A stretch of DNA of 64,000 nucleotides from a virus. The notes below the pieces were generated by a model. That model ran no database searches. It saw only the letters and a list, made by a program, of their open reading frames with translations, and was not told where the DNA came from. The stretch is from the IMG/VR virus record IMGVR_UViG_3300000228_000003, positions 1-64,000 of that record, one strand, 5' to 3'. Position 1 is the first letter of the stretch; the number at the start of each line of letters is the position of its first letter. A program made the position numbers and the translations under genes. This document shows, one piece after another, positions 1-8,575 of this stretch.

Positions 1-23
1 TAGGAGTGAAAACTACTACACTA

Positions 24-337
24 CATGACGAACTACAACACACTACAACTACTAACATAGCATGCTAACCTAGAACATGACGAAGTACAACACAGAGAGA
101 GCTAGACACTACTACAACACACTACAACGACTACTAACTACTAACTACTAACTACTAACTACTAACTACTAACTACTAACTACTAACTACTAACTACTAA
201 CTACTAACTACTAACTACTAACATAGCATGCTAACCTAGAACATGACGAAGTACAACACAGAGAGAGCTAGACACTACTACAACACACTACAACGACTAC
301 TAACCTAAAACATGACGAAGTACAACATAGAGAGAAC
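24..337. repeat. Non-coding G-poor repeat region: 91-bp direct repeat (48-138 and 214-304) and four copies of CATGACGAA(G/C)TACAACA (at 24, 76, 242, 311)
   Basis: Read directly from the sequence; no ORF on either strand. Confidence 0.9.
130..220. repeat. Tandem heptamer (ACTACTA)x13
   Basis: 13 perfect copies counted; stop codons in all frames on both strands. Confidence 0.95.
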
Positions 338-595
338 TGAACATTATTACGAAGTAAACTACTAACTATTAAACATGAAAATTACAACATACACTGACTT
401 AGTTAACTTTAAAACTTAATACAGAGAGAACTAACTACTACTATGAATGTAATAACACGACTACTAATACTAAATAACAACTTATAAACTATACTAAACA
501 TAAAGACTAACACACTTTATTACCATACAGCAATACACTAACTAAATAAAATTACTAATAACAAATACTATGAAAACTAATACTAGGAGTATCGT

Positions 596-877
596 ATGTT
601 TATATTTTGTAATAAGACACCTGTGAACTTTGATTTAACTATTAAAGAATTTATACTTGGTTGTATGTATGTTGTATCTATACTATCAGTAGCTTACATC
701 TTAGCTAACATGATATATTTATCGAAAACTAGAATATGGCTTTATACACACAATCCGGATGCTAGTTCAGTTGGGTTGTGTTATGCTAAAGAAGCAGAAC
801 AAGATGATTGGTTATCACCTTGGGAGAAATTAACAATAAATTGGTATATAACAAAAGATGAATTTTTACGTAAGTAA
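596..877 (+). CDS. Hypothetical protein with one predicted TM helix
   Basis: AGGAG RBS upstream; hydrophobic stretch FILGCMYVVSILSVAYILANMIYL. Confidence 0.7.
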   Translation: MFIFCNKTPVNFDLTIKEFILGCMYVVSILSVAYILANMIYLSKTRIWLYTHNPDASSVGLCYAKEAEQDDWLSPWEKLTINWYITKDEFLRK

Positions 878-897
878 ATTGCGATATTATCTAATCC

Positions 898-949
898 TAT
901 ATTATTAAAGTAGAACATCTTATGGTGTTACTAAAAACAAAAGGATTTA
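898..949 (+). promoter_or_regulatory. Candidate early (virion RNAP) promoter TATATTATTAA..TAGAACATC plus TATGGTGTTACTAAAA..AAAGGATTTA leader
   Basis: Same motif at 23015, 30399 and 56997; core also at 6734, 8607 and 62124; resembles the phiKZ early consensus TATATTAC. Confidence 0.6.
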
Positions 950-951
950 AA

Positions 952-1527
952 ATGGCTATATTAAAAACAAACGAACTTATTCTGGATATGAAAGAGTTAA
1001 TGAGTATGTATCCTGATAAAAGAATCGTGCCGTTGTTGTCAAGTAGTATAATAGAAGATACTGAGCTTATATCTTATCTGTCAAGATTTAGAGTTACTTT
1101 GGAATTAGAACACGGTGTGATACTAAATGACTTTCCGATAGTTACAAAGGCAATGTGGTGGCGGGTTATATTAATGGATCATCTTGCTAGTCGTATGATA
1201 ATTAATTATGATATGTACGAACTTTTTCCAGAGATACGTAAAATACCAGATAACATAAATGTTAGTGTTGGGTATAAACTACTGTACCAGTACGGTTCTA
1301 TTAGTATCATAGACTCAGACACAGGCGTAGAAGTACAGCCTTACTTGGTGAGTGAACATACTAAAGTAAAACTATTACTAGCATTGCTTATAAGTAACGG
1401 TGCGTTAGATAATAATAGTTTATTGTACATTACAGAGGAATACGCTGCGATGTTAACAGAGTATTTAGCTTCATTAGAGGCTTGGGGAGTTACGTTAGTG
1501 GTTGTGGGTAATATAAATAAAGGATAG
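952..1527 (+). CDS. Hypothetical protein, probably early
   Basis: Start moved from 922 to ATG 952 because 922 lies within the shared leader motif and AAGGA precedes 952. Confidence 0.75.
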   Translation: MAILKTNELILDMKELMSMYPDKRIVPLLSSSIIEDTELISYLSRFRVTLELEHGVILNDFPIVTKAMWWRVILMDHLASRMIINYDMYELFPEIRKIPDNINVSVGYKLLYQYGSISIIDSDTGVEVQPYLVSEHTKVKLLLALLISNGALDNNSLLYITEEYAAMLTEYLASLEAWGVTLVVVGNINKG

Positions 1528-1531
1528 TGTT

Positions 1532-2011
1532 ATGTGTTATGTTTTAGATAAACCTTGTGCACAGCATGTGTTTACTTTAGAAGAAATTATACTATACACA
1601 GAACTACGAAGTAAGTGTTTAGTTATGGACAAGAACGGACGGTTATATAACTTTAATGGTTTTTTTATGGATAACACTGTTAATATAAAAACTAAATTTA
1701 ATAGTACATTACATTTAACACCAGCTAGCTTTAATAGTTATATTGTTATTTATAAACTAGCTAGTGTAGTTAGATACGATGATGTATTTCTTATTAAAAA
1801 TAAAGATAATACTACGTGCGTATTATGGTGGGTTAATAATATTCCACAGTATTTTAGGTTGTCTAATGTTGGTCGTATAGTGTCAATATTATACTATAAT
1901 AGTACATTGCGTATAAGAACAGATACTGTGGTGTACTACTATAATATACGTGCTATAGTAGTATCTGGTGTTGTATCGTATGTTGCTAATTTAAAAAAGA
2001 GAGTAATGTAG
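1532..2011 (+). CDS. Hypothetical protein
   Basis: 159-aa ORF tightly packed in an operon. Confidence 0.7.
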   Translation: MCYVLDKPCAQHVFTLEEIILYTELRSKCLVMDKNGRLYNFNGFFMDNTVNIKTKFNSTLHLTPASFNSYIVIYKLASVVRYDDVFLIKNKDNTTCVLWWVNNIPQYFRLSNVGRIVSILYYNSTLRIRTDTVVYYYNIRAIVVSGVVSYVANLKKRVM

Positions 2012-2012
2012 T

Positions 2013-2351
2013 ATGTGCAAAATGTGTGCTTTAGTTTATGTTGTAGATACTATACATACGTCTGATTTACATTTTACTAACACTACTAATGATGATAAAC
2101 TTGACTTAGGTGCTGTCAGTATGTTAGTTGGTCATAACATGGATAAATATAATAACTGGGTAGATAAGCATGGTGTTTATACTACACGGTTTATAGAGCA
2201 GATAACACTTGCTGAATTTAAATTAAAGGAGCAGTTTTACGATAGTGACATAAGCGTTATGCAGTATCGTTTTAAACAAATGGTACTTGGGTATAGTGAT
2301 ACATATGGTATGTTTTTAAAAGATATTTTAAAAGCTTATAAAAGTCATTAG
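2013..2351 (+). CDS. Hypothetical protein
   Basis: 112-aa ORF starting 2 nt after the previous stop. Confidence 0.7.
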   Translation: MCKMCALVYVVDTIHTSDLHFTNTTNDDKLDLGAVSMLVGHNMDKYNNWVDKHGVYTTRFIEQITLAEFKLKEQFYDSDISVMQYRFKQMVLGYSDTYGMFLKDILKAYKSH

Positions 2352-2441
2352 TATGTTAGTTGGTCATAATAAACTAGTTATATCGTGGATGTTTTTCTCT
2401 TAACTTTGTAGTTATTATGATTTAAATCTTAAGGAGTTATC

Positions 2442-2873
2442 ATGGGTTTTATATTACCTTGGTTAGCAGATGTGAAGGGTGGTATTATAATCATAATGAC
2501 TATGATTATAATGTCTTGTGTCTTTATTATATATAGTAAAAACGCATCAATAGACGAGCAAAAAGAAATCATTCGTCTTAATGAAAAGGAAATACATAAC
2601 TTAAGACTAGCTAATGCGTTAGAAAAAGCTAATGTTAATACGTTGCAAAGTGCGTTAGATAGACAAAATAGTGCTGTGGCTGATTTAAATATTACTAACC
2701 ATAATAACAAGTTAGCGCTAGAACTATGGCGTAAGAAAGCTATAGACCGAAAGTTTTCTAAAGAAATTAGTGCCGTGCTAACTAACACGAATAGTGATTG
2801 CGATACAATAATGGACACATTAAAACTACTTAATGGTTCAACACCAAGTAACTTTATAAGAGGTGAACAATGA
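2442..2873 (+). CDS. i-spanin (Rz-like)
   Basis: N-terminal TM helix, long coiled coil, C-terminal Cys; overlaps a lipoprotein gene by ATGA; AAGGAG RBS. Confidence 0.75.
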   Translation: MGFILPWLADVKGGIIIIMTMIIMSCVFIIYSKNASIDEQKEIIRLNEKEIHNLRLANALEKANVNTLQSALDRQNSAVADLNITNHNNKLALELWRKKAIDRKFSKEISAVLTNTNSDCDTIMDTLKLLNGSTPSNFIRGEQ

Positions 2874-3106
2874 AAACGATAATATTATTAGCTACATTGC
2901 TTATCGCATTAACTGGTTGTTCTACTAAGCAACCATGCGAACCAATAGTGGTGTATAACACAAAAGATGTTTATATACCAGTGCCTTGCAAAATAGAACA
3001 TCCGGAGTGTAGTTTATCTGGTACTACTAATAAAGCAGTATTAGATAATATGATTAAGTGTATAGCTGACCAACACATGGCTATAGAGTCTTGTAAAAGT
3101 AAGTAA
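2870..3106 (+). CDS. o-spanin (Rz1-like lipoprotein)
   Basis: Signal peptide with lipobox LTG-C; small, Cys/Pro-rich; directly downstream of the i-spanin candidate. Confidence 0.78.
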   Translation: MKTIILLATLLIALTGCSTKQPCEPIVVYNTKDVYIPVPCKIEHPECSLSGTTNKAVLDNMIKCIADQHMAIESCKSK

Positions 3107-3137
3107 CACAATAACATTTAAATTTAAAGGATATAAA

Positions 3138-3992
3138 ATGGCATCAAAAGTAAACTCAGAATTTGCGTATATTACAGTAGTAAATGGACTTACACCTTGG
3201 GAGAGAATAAGAACCATTAGAAACTTTATAGAAGATAGAACTATAGCGCTAACTATAAAAGATACTATCAGTGTAAAAGTAGACGCGGCAAAAGCTGAGT
3301 TAGAGGCTTGGGAGTATGAAATGTCTAGAGATGATATTGGTACTAAAGATAAACTTTTAGCCAAAGCTAAATATTTAGAGGCTTTAGCTAAACGTATGGA
3401 AAATGAGGCTTTTGCAGCACAGCAAAAAGACGGTTATGATAAACTAGACGAGGAGCTAGCCTTTTTGATTAAATATGAAAAAGAACTAGCAAATATATGT
3501 GAAAACACCAGACTACCTGGTAAGACGGATTCCGAGATGTATGAACTTAATAAACCACTAGAAGACTTAATGCGCCATACCAAAGCCGTAGAGGTGGACA
3601 TACTGTCTAAAGTGTTGCAGCTTAGTAGAGATGTTGTTGAGAACGGAATTAAAAACCCGTTATTTTATAACAAAATGAAAAATACGCACGAAGCGATGCA
3701 GCTGCCTGTGCCACAGAAAATACAACTAGGTGACAGTATGGATACTATTGACAGTAAGTTATCTGTATATCATATGTACATTGATAGCAGTGCAGGAGCC
3801 TCTGGTGATAAGTTGTATAACGCCGCACTATCGGCATTCTCGCTTAAGCAAAAAACGCTGATGGCTAATGGTATACAATTAGATAAAATACCAGACACGA
3901 TAGGTGACCATACGTTTAAAAATACTAATATTAACGCTCTAGAGTATGATGCGTCGACTATGAAAAATTTGTTATGTTTAAATGTTGACTAA
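3138..3992 (+). CDS. Coiled-coil-rich hypothetical protein heading the propeller cluster
   Basis: 284 aa; helical charged N-terminal half; motifs MASKVNSEFAY..TPWE and TRLPGKTDSEMYE. Confidence 0.8.
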   Translation: MASKVNSEFAYITVVNGLTPWERIRTIRNFIEDRTIALTIKDTISVKVDAAKAELEAWEYEMSRDDIGTKDKLLAKAKYLEALAKRMENEAFAAQQKDGYDKLDEELAFLIKYEKELANICENTRLPGKTDSEMYELNKPLEDLMRHTKAVEVDILSKVLQLSRDVVENGIKNPLFYNKMKNTHEAMQLPVPQKIQLGDSMDTIDSKLSVYHMYIDSSAGASGDKLYNAALSAFSLKQKTLMANGIQLDKIPDTIGDHTFKNTNINALEYDASTMKNLLCLNVD

Positions 3993-4048
3993 TAAATTTT
4001 AAACGTTAGTTAATAATATCGAGAGTATTTAATAAAAGGAAATAAAAG

Positions 4049-4945
4049 ATGGATAAGCACACACAACTAGAGAACACGACACACAATGCACACAACATAG
4101 GTATATACTATGGCGGAAATGATAATATCGACATATATAACATAGTAACTAGACTAGACGCTAGTGGTGTTAAAGTGGGAGAAGAGACCAGTGCAGGTAC
4201 GGCTAGGTATTTTTTAGCTGGTGCTGGTGTAGGTAACATAGGTATATATCATGGCGGGTATGATGGTAATAATATACATAACTTAGTAACTAGAATAGAT
4301 GCTAGTGGTATTAAAGTGGGAGATGAGACTACTGTTGGTACTACAGCTAGATATCTTTTAGCCGGGGCAGGTGTGGACAACATAGGATTATTTTATGGTG
4401 GAAGTGATACTGACGACACATTTAACTTAGTAACTATACTAGACGCTAATGGTATTAAAGTGGGAGATGAAACTAATGTTGGTACTGAAAGATTATATTT
4501 AGCTGGTGCAGGCATAGGTAACATAGGTATATACTATGGCGGGTTCGATGGTGATACACATAATTTAGTAACTAGAATAGACGCTAGTGGTGTTAAAGTG
4601 GGAGACGAAACTAATGTTGGTACTGCTAGAAACTATTTAGCAGGAGCAGGCATAGGTTGCATGGGCGTGTTTTATAGTGGAAACTATGGTAATGACCGAA
4701 TATTCAACACAGTAACTAGAATAGACGCTAGTGGTGTTAGAGTAGGAGACGAAACTAATGTTGGTACGGCTAGGTATCTTTTAGCTGGGACAAGTGTAGA
4801 TAACATAGGACTATTTTATGGTGGATACGACGGTAATGATAATACACTTGATGTAGTAACTATCATAGACGCTAATGGTACTACAGTAGGGTATGAGACT
4901 AATGTTAGTACTGCTAGAGATAGTTTAGCAGGAGCAGGTATATAA
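4049..4945 (+). CDS. Six-blade Kelch-like beta-propeller repeat protein A
   Basis: Six ~47-aa repeats NIG[IVL][YF]YGG..N.VT[RI][IL]DA.G..VG.ET.VGT[AE]R..LAGAG; Kelch-like R..hydrophobic..GG..D pattern. Confidence 0.85.
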   Translation: MDKHTQLENTTHNAHNIGIYYGGNDNIDIYNIVTRLDASGVKVGEETSAGTARYFLAGAGVGNIGIYHGGYDGNNIHNLVTRIDASGIKVGDETTVGTTARYLLAGAGVDNIGLFYGGSDTDDTFNLVTILDANGIKVGDETNVGTERLYLAGAGIGNIGIYYGGFDGDTHNLVTRIDASGVKVGDETNVGTARNYLAGAGIGCMGVFYSGNYGNDRIFNTVTRIDASGVRVGDETNVGTARYLLAGTSVDNIGLFYGGYDGNDNTLDVVTIIDANGTTVGYETNVSTARDSLAGAGI

Positions 4946-4954
4946 CAATATAAG

Positions 4955-4984
4955 TAGTAGTAGAGGTTATAACCTCTACTACTA
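4955..4984. terminator. 30-bp perfect palindrome, likely terminator hairpin
   Basis: TAGTAGTAGAGGTTA|TAACCTCTACTACTA followed by a T-rich tract. Confidence 0.75.
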
Positions 4985-5024
4985 TTACTTATTTTTATTT
5001 ATAAACGATAATAAGGAGATAAGA

Positions 5025-5477
5025 ATGGCGCGCAATAAGCATAACATATGTATGTTCTATGGCGGATATAATATTAGTATAGGAGCATTCAACACAGTAA
5101 CTAGAATGGACAGTAATGGTGTTAATGTGGAAGATGAAACTAATGTTGGTACTGCTAGATATATTTTAGCAGGAGCAGGTGTAGGTAACATAGGTGTGTA
5201 TTACGGTGGATACGAAACTAATATTGTCATGCACAACAGAGTAACTAGAATAGACAGTGATGGCGCTATGGTGGGAAACGAGACTAATGTTGGTAATACG
5301 GCTAGATATAATTTAGCTGGAGCAAGCGTTAATAACATAGGTATATACTATGGTGGATTTAATAATAGTAATACATTTAACACAGTAACTAGAATAGACG
5401 TTAGTGGTGCTATGGTGGGAAGTGAGACTAATGTTGGTAATACGGCTAGGTATTATTTAGCTGGAGCAGGTATATAA
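5025..5477 (+). CDS. Three-blade (half) Kelch-like propeller protein B
   Basis: Exactly three repeats with the same N-terminal register and LAGAGI* ending as A and D; AAGGAG RBS. Confidence 0.85.
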   Translation: MARNKHNICMFYGGYNISIGAFNTVTRMDSNGVNVEDETNVGTARYILAGAGVGNIGVYYGGYETNIVMHNRVTRIDSDGAMVGNETNVGNTARYNLAGASVNNIGIYYGGFNNSNTFNTVTRIDVSGAMVGSETNVGNTARYYLAGAGI

Positions 5478-5484
5478 TATAAAT

Positions 5485-5508
5485 AGTAGTAGAGATATCT
5501 CTACTACT
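5485..5508. terminator. 24-bp perfect palindrome, likely terminator
   Basis: AGTAGTAGAGAT|ATCTCTACTACT just after the stop of gene B. Confidence 0.7.
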
Positions 5509-5550
5509 TATTACTAAAACATAATAAACACATAATCATATTATAAAATA

Positions 5551-5590
5551 ACATATAGGTAATGGAGGATATCCTCCATTACCTATATGT
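5551..5590. terminator. 40-bp perfect palindrome, likely bidirectional terminator
   Basis: ACATATAGGTAATGGAGGAT|ATCCTCCATTACCTATATGT between convergent genes. Confidence 0.8.
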
Positions 5591-5593
5591 CGT

Positions 5594-6688
5594 TTATTTG
5601 CCTACTATGCTTTTTATATTACTCACACTAGTTACGTATCTATCGTAAATTATAGGTGGTATTCTATTTTTTATTTTAGTATTTTTACTCTCTATTTTCT
5701 TTATTACCATCCTAGTTGCATACACTATACCAGTATTTTTACTTATACCTTTACTACCCATAGTGTTTAACAGTTTGTCTATGTAAAACACACGACTTAA
5801 CCATAATGCCCATTCAGACTGTGTAGTGTAATACTCTTTATCTATACGTAAAGCATCTAGTGCACTAGTATTTAAAAACATAGGTATATTCATAAGTAAC
5901 GCTTCTAACGTTATACTAGTATTATTAAGTTCATCATACTTATCAGTTATACACGTTGTTAACATATGGTCTTGGCTAGATAACGCAAAGATATAATCAT
6001 GTTCTGTTAACAGCTTAACAGGGTTATAATAGTTACCTAAAAATAGATTTATAGTAGCTATATTAAAAATACTAGGTATCAAATTAGGTAGTACTACCTG
6101 TGTTATAAAAACAGCTACATCAACACTACTAGTATCAGATATTATATGCTTATCATACCATAATTTATATTGTAACACTAGATGTACTAAATCTATTTGA
6201 TAAACAGACAGTACTCTATTATCAAGTTCTTTATTACCATCTGGTAACCACATATTGCAATCACCATCTTCAGAATATATACATTTTATAGCAGATGTTG
6301 ATAAACAAGTGTCTATACTATAATAATAATCTATAAAAGTATTTTCTACATGTAAAAATATCTCTGTAGAGTTATAACCATATAAAATATTAGAAGTACT
6401 ATTACCATAGTTAATATCACTGACTATATTAAATGTTTTACTATAGTACGATACAGTGTTCATAGCTGTATTGATAAATTTATCCACACTTATATTAACA
6501 TCTGGCGCAATGTGTTTTATAAGCCTAACTAGATAATGCTGGTTATCAACACGAAACTCTCTATTTTTATAATACTTTTTTATAGTATGTAAATTATCTA
6601 AAGCTATTTTTCTTACATAATCATTATTATGATGTGTGCTTATTATAACGTTATTATTAAGTTGCGTATTTAAAAAGAAACTAAACAT
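5594..6688 (-). CDS. Conserved phiKZ-like hypothetical protein, possibly virion-associated
   Basis: 364 aa; YV...NL..I..YY.....V...H.LVRL motif recalled from phiKZ-like phages (unverified). Confidence 0.6.
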   Translation of the reverse strand: MFSFFLNTQLNNNVIISTHHNNDYVRKIALDNLHTIKKYYKNREFRVDNQHYLVRLIKHIAPDVNISVDKFINTAMNTVSYYSKTFNIVSDINYGNSTSNILYGYNSTEIFLHVENTFIDYYYSIDTCLSTSAIKCIYSEDGDCNMWLPDGNKELDNRVLSVYQIDLVHLVLQYKLWYDKHIISDTSSVDVAVFITQVVLPNLIPSIFNIATINLFLGNYYNPVKLLTEHDYIFALSSQDHMLTTCITDKYDELNNTSITLEALLMNIPMFLNTSALDALRIDKEYYTTQSEWALWLSRVFYIDKLLNTMGSKGISKNTGIVYATRMVIKKIESKNTKIKNRIPPIIYDRYVTSVSNIKSIVGK

Positions 6689-6772
6689 AACTTATATCCT
6701 TAGTGAGTTATTACTTCAGATAATTTTCAACACTATATTATTAAATAGTAAGATAAATTATTTTACTATTAA

Positions 6773-6883
6773 CTTGGAAAGGTTGACAACGTAGTAACTA
6801 GAATAGACGCTAGTGGTGTTAAAGTGGGAGATGAAACTAATGTTGGTACAACTAGACATGCATTAGCAGGTGCAGGTATATAA
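6773..6883 (+). pseudogene. Orphan single C-terminal blade of the propeller family, no start codon
   Basis: Frame between TAA (6770-6772) and TAA (6881-6883) reads LGKVDNVVTRIDASGVKVGDETNVGTTRHALAGAGI*; 6792-6849 matches 4566-4623 at 57/58 nt. Confidence 0.85.
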
Positions 6884-6905
6884 CATAAATAATAAGGAGA
6901 TAAAA

Positions 6906-7769
6906 ATGGCACACAATGTACACAACATAGGTATGTACTATGGTGGAAGCAGCGGTAATAATAAACACAACTTAGTAACTAGAATAGACGCTAGCGGTGT
7001 TAAAGTAGGAGATGAAACCAATGCTGGTACTGCTAGAGCATATTTAGCAGGGACAGGTATAGGTAACGTAGGTGTCTATTATGGTGGAAGCGATAATAAT
7101 GAACTTAACTTAGTAACTATAATAGATAGCGATGGCAGTACGGTTGGAAGTGAGACTGCTACTGGTACAGCTAGGTATTTTTTAGCTGGGGCAGGTGTAG
7201 GTAACATAGGTGTCTATTATGGTGGGTTCGATGGTGATATACTTGATATAGTAACTAGAATAAACGCTAGTGGTACTAAAATAGGAGATGAAATTACTGT
7301 TGGTGCTTATTATAGAGATAGTTTAGCTGGGGCAGGTGTAGGTAACATAGGTATCTATTATGGTGGGTTCGATGGCGATATACTTAATATAGTAACTATA
7401 CTAGATGCTAGTGGGGTTATAGTTGGAAGTGAGGTTACTGTAGGTACCGCTAGGCAATTTTTAGCTGGGGCAGGTATAGGTAACATAGGTATATTTTACG
7501 GCGGTAACGATGATAATGAACACAACAGAGTAACTAGAATAGATGCTAATGGTGTTATGGTTGGAAACGAGACTATTGTTGACACGGCTAGGCAACTTTT
7601 AGCTGGCGCAAGTGTTAATAACATAGGCATATTTTACGGTGGATATGATGGTAGCGGTGGTAGTAATGTACTTAACACAGTAACTAGAATAGACGATAGT
7701 GGTGTTAGAGTAGGAGATGAGACTAGTGTTGGTACTGCTAGAGATGGTTTAGCTGGCGCAGGTATATAA
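6906..7769 (+). CDS. Six-blade Kelch-like beta-propeller repeat protein D
   Basis: Six repeats ending LAGAGI*; start moved to ATG 6906 after AAGGAG. Confidence 0.85.
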   Translation: MAHNVHNIGMYYGGSSGNNKHNLVTRIDASGVKVGDETNAGTARAYLAGTGIGNVGVYYGGSDNNELNLVTIIDSDGSTVGSETATGTARYFLAGAGVGNIGVYYGGFDGDILDIVTRINASGTKIGDEITVGAYYRDSLAGAGVGNIGIYYGGFDGDILNIVTILDASGVIVGSEVTVGTARQFLAGAGIGNIGIFYGGNDDNEHNRVTRIDANGVMVGNETIVDTARQLLAGASVNNIGIFYGGYDGSGGSNVLNTVTRIDDSGVRVGDETSVGTARDGLAGAGI

Positions 7770-7798
7770 TAACTTAAATACACGAAATATGTAGTAAC

Positions 7799-7879
7799 TA
7801 GGTTATGGTGTTACAAAAAAGTTAACACTATACTATTAATTAGTATAGCGTTAGCTCTTACTAAATTTCTTAAAAAGGA
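7799..7879 (+). promoter_or_regulatory. Leader repeat copy 1, with hairpin CTATACTA-TTAAT-TAGTATAG
   Basis: Near-identical to 8576-8659; ends in the AAGGA RBS. Confidence 0.85.
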
Positions 7880-8502
7880 TGACTATGAGTAAAGTACTTA
7901 ATGTACTTATCACAGGTGATGTAGATTCTAAAATCAGTGCTATGTTGGCTAAATACATTTTCCTAAGAAAACCAAATAACGATAATGGTTTTAACCAGAC
8001 TGAAAACGAGCTTATAGTCAGTGTAACAGACTATAATTTTAGTATAGTAGAAGCTATAGAGTTCGCTATGACTAAAGGTACAGTCGATAATATTACAATA
8101 GCAGGTCTTGGTTTACATACTCAAAACTTAAGCGCTTTTAAAGAGCACATGAACCATAGAACAGGTGTAGTGTTTCAGGATTATAATGGTGACACGTTTA
8201 AAGGGTTAGCTAAGTACTGGCAAGATAAATTTCCAGATGAACACATGCCACCTGTATTTGGATTTTTTATCACCGATATTTATAACCCCATGTATGTGCC
8301 AACCGGTATACCTCTAGACACTATGACTACTCATGTTATTGGTAAAATGTATCACCATAACCGGAATGTTAATTATGCTGAGTTTTTATCAAAAGCTATA
8401 ATTACTTTAGGTAGTGATATAAGACACCTCTCACCAGAACATACTAACTTTACATTAGGCGTAATGTATGGTCTTTGGAATAGCGCGACTTTTAGTAGTT
8501 AA
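7879..8502 (+). CDS. Hypothetical protein, possibly a degenerate DHH-phosphoesterase-like fold
   Basis: N-terminal beta-strand followed by GDVDSKISA resembles the DHH DxDG..SA motif; no clear DHH triad. Confidence 0.35.
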   Translation: MTMSKVLNVLITGDVDSKISAMLAKYIFLRKPNNDNGFNQTENELIVSVTDYNFSIVEAIEFAMTKGTVDNITIAGLGLHTQNLSAFKEHMNHRTGVVFQDYNGDTFKGLAKYWQDKFPDEHMPPVFGFFITDIYNPMYVPTGIPLDTMTTHVIGKMYHHNRNVNYAEFLSKAIITLGSDIRHLSPEHTNFTLGVMYGLWNSATFSS

Positions 8503-8575
8503 AATAAGCTGTATATAATTTATTATATGAATATATATTAGTGCATTAGCATTAGTATATGCGACCACGGTACAT

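Noticed and set aside
24-337. CRISPR array
   Set aside because: Sequences between the CATGACGAA boxes are themselves repeats, spacing is irregular and no cas genes are present
922-951. Shared N-terminal peptide MV(L/I)LK(T/Q)KGF(K/T)M in ORFs 922 and 23040 as a protein motif
   Set aside because: It is the translation of the shared non-coding leader; copy 30456 has the same leader without the upstream ATG
6783-6811. Sigma70 promoter from TTGACA at 6783
   Set aside because: The only -10-like hexamer (TAGAAT, 6799) is 10 nt away, too close
6870-6905. GTG start at 6870 for propeller D
   Set aside because: It lies inside the orphan blade; AAGGAG precedes ATG 6906, matching the starts of paralogs A and B
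4049-7769. Diversity-generating retroelement acting on the repeat genes, with the orphan blade as template
   Set aside because: No reverse transcriptase in the window; blades differ by indels and at C/G/T positions, not only at template adenines
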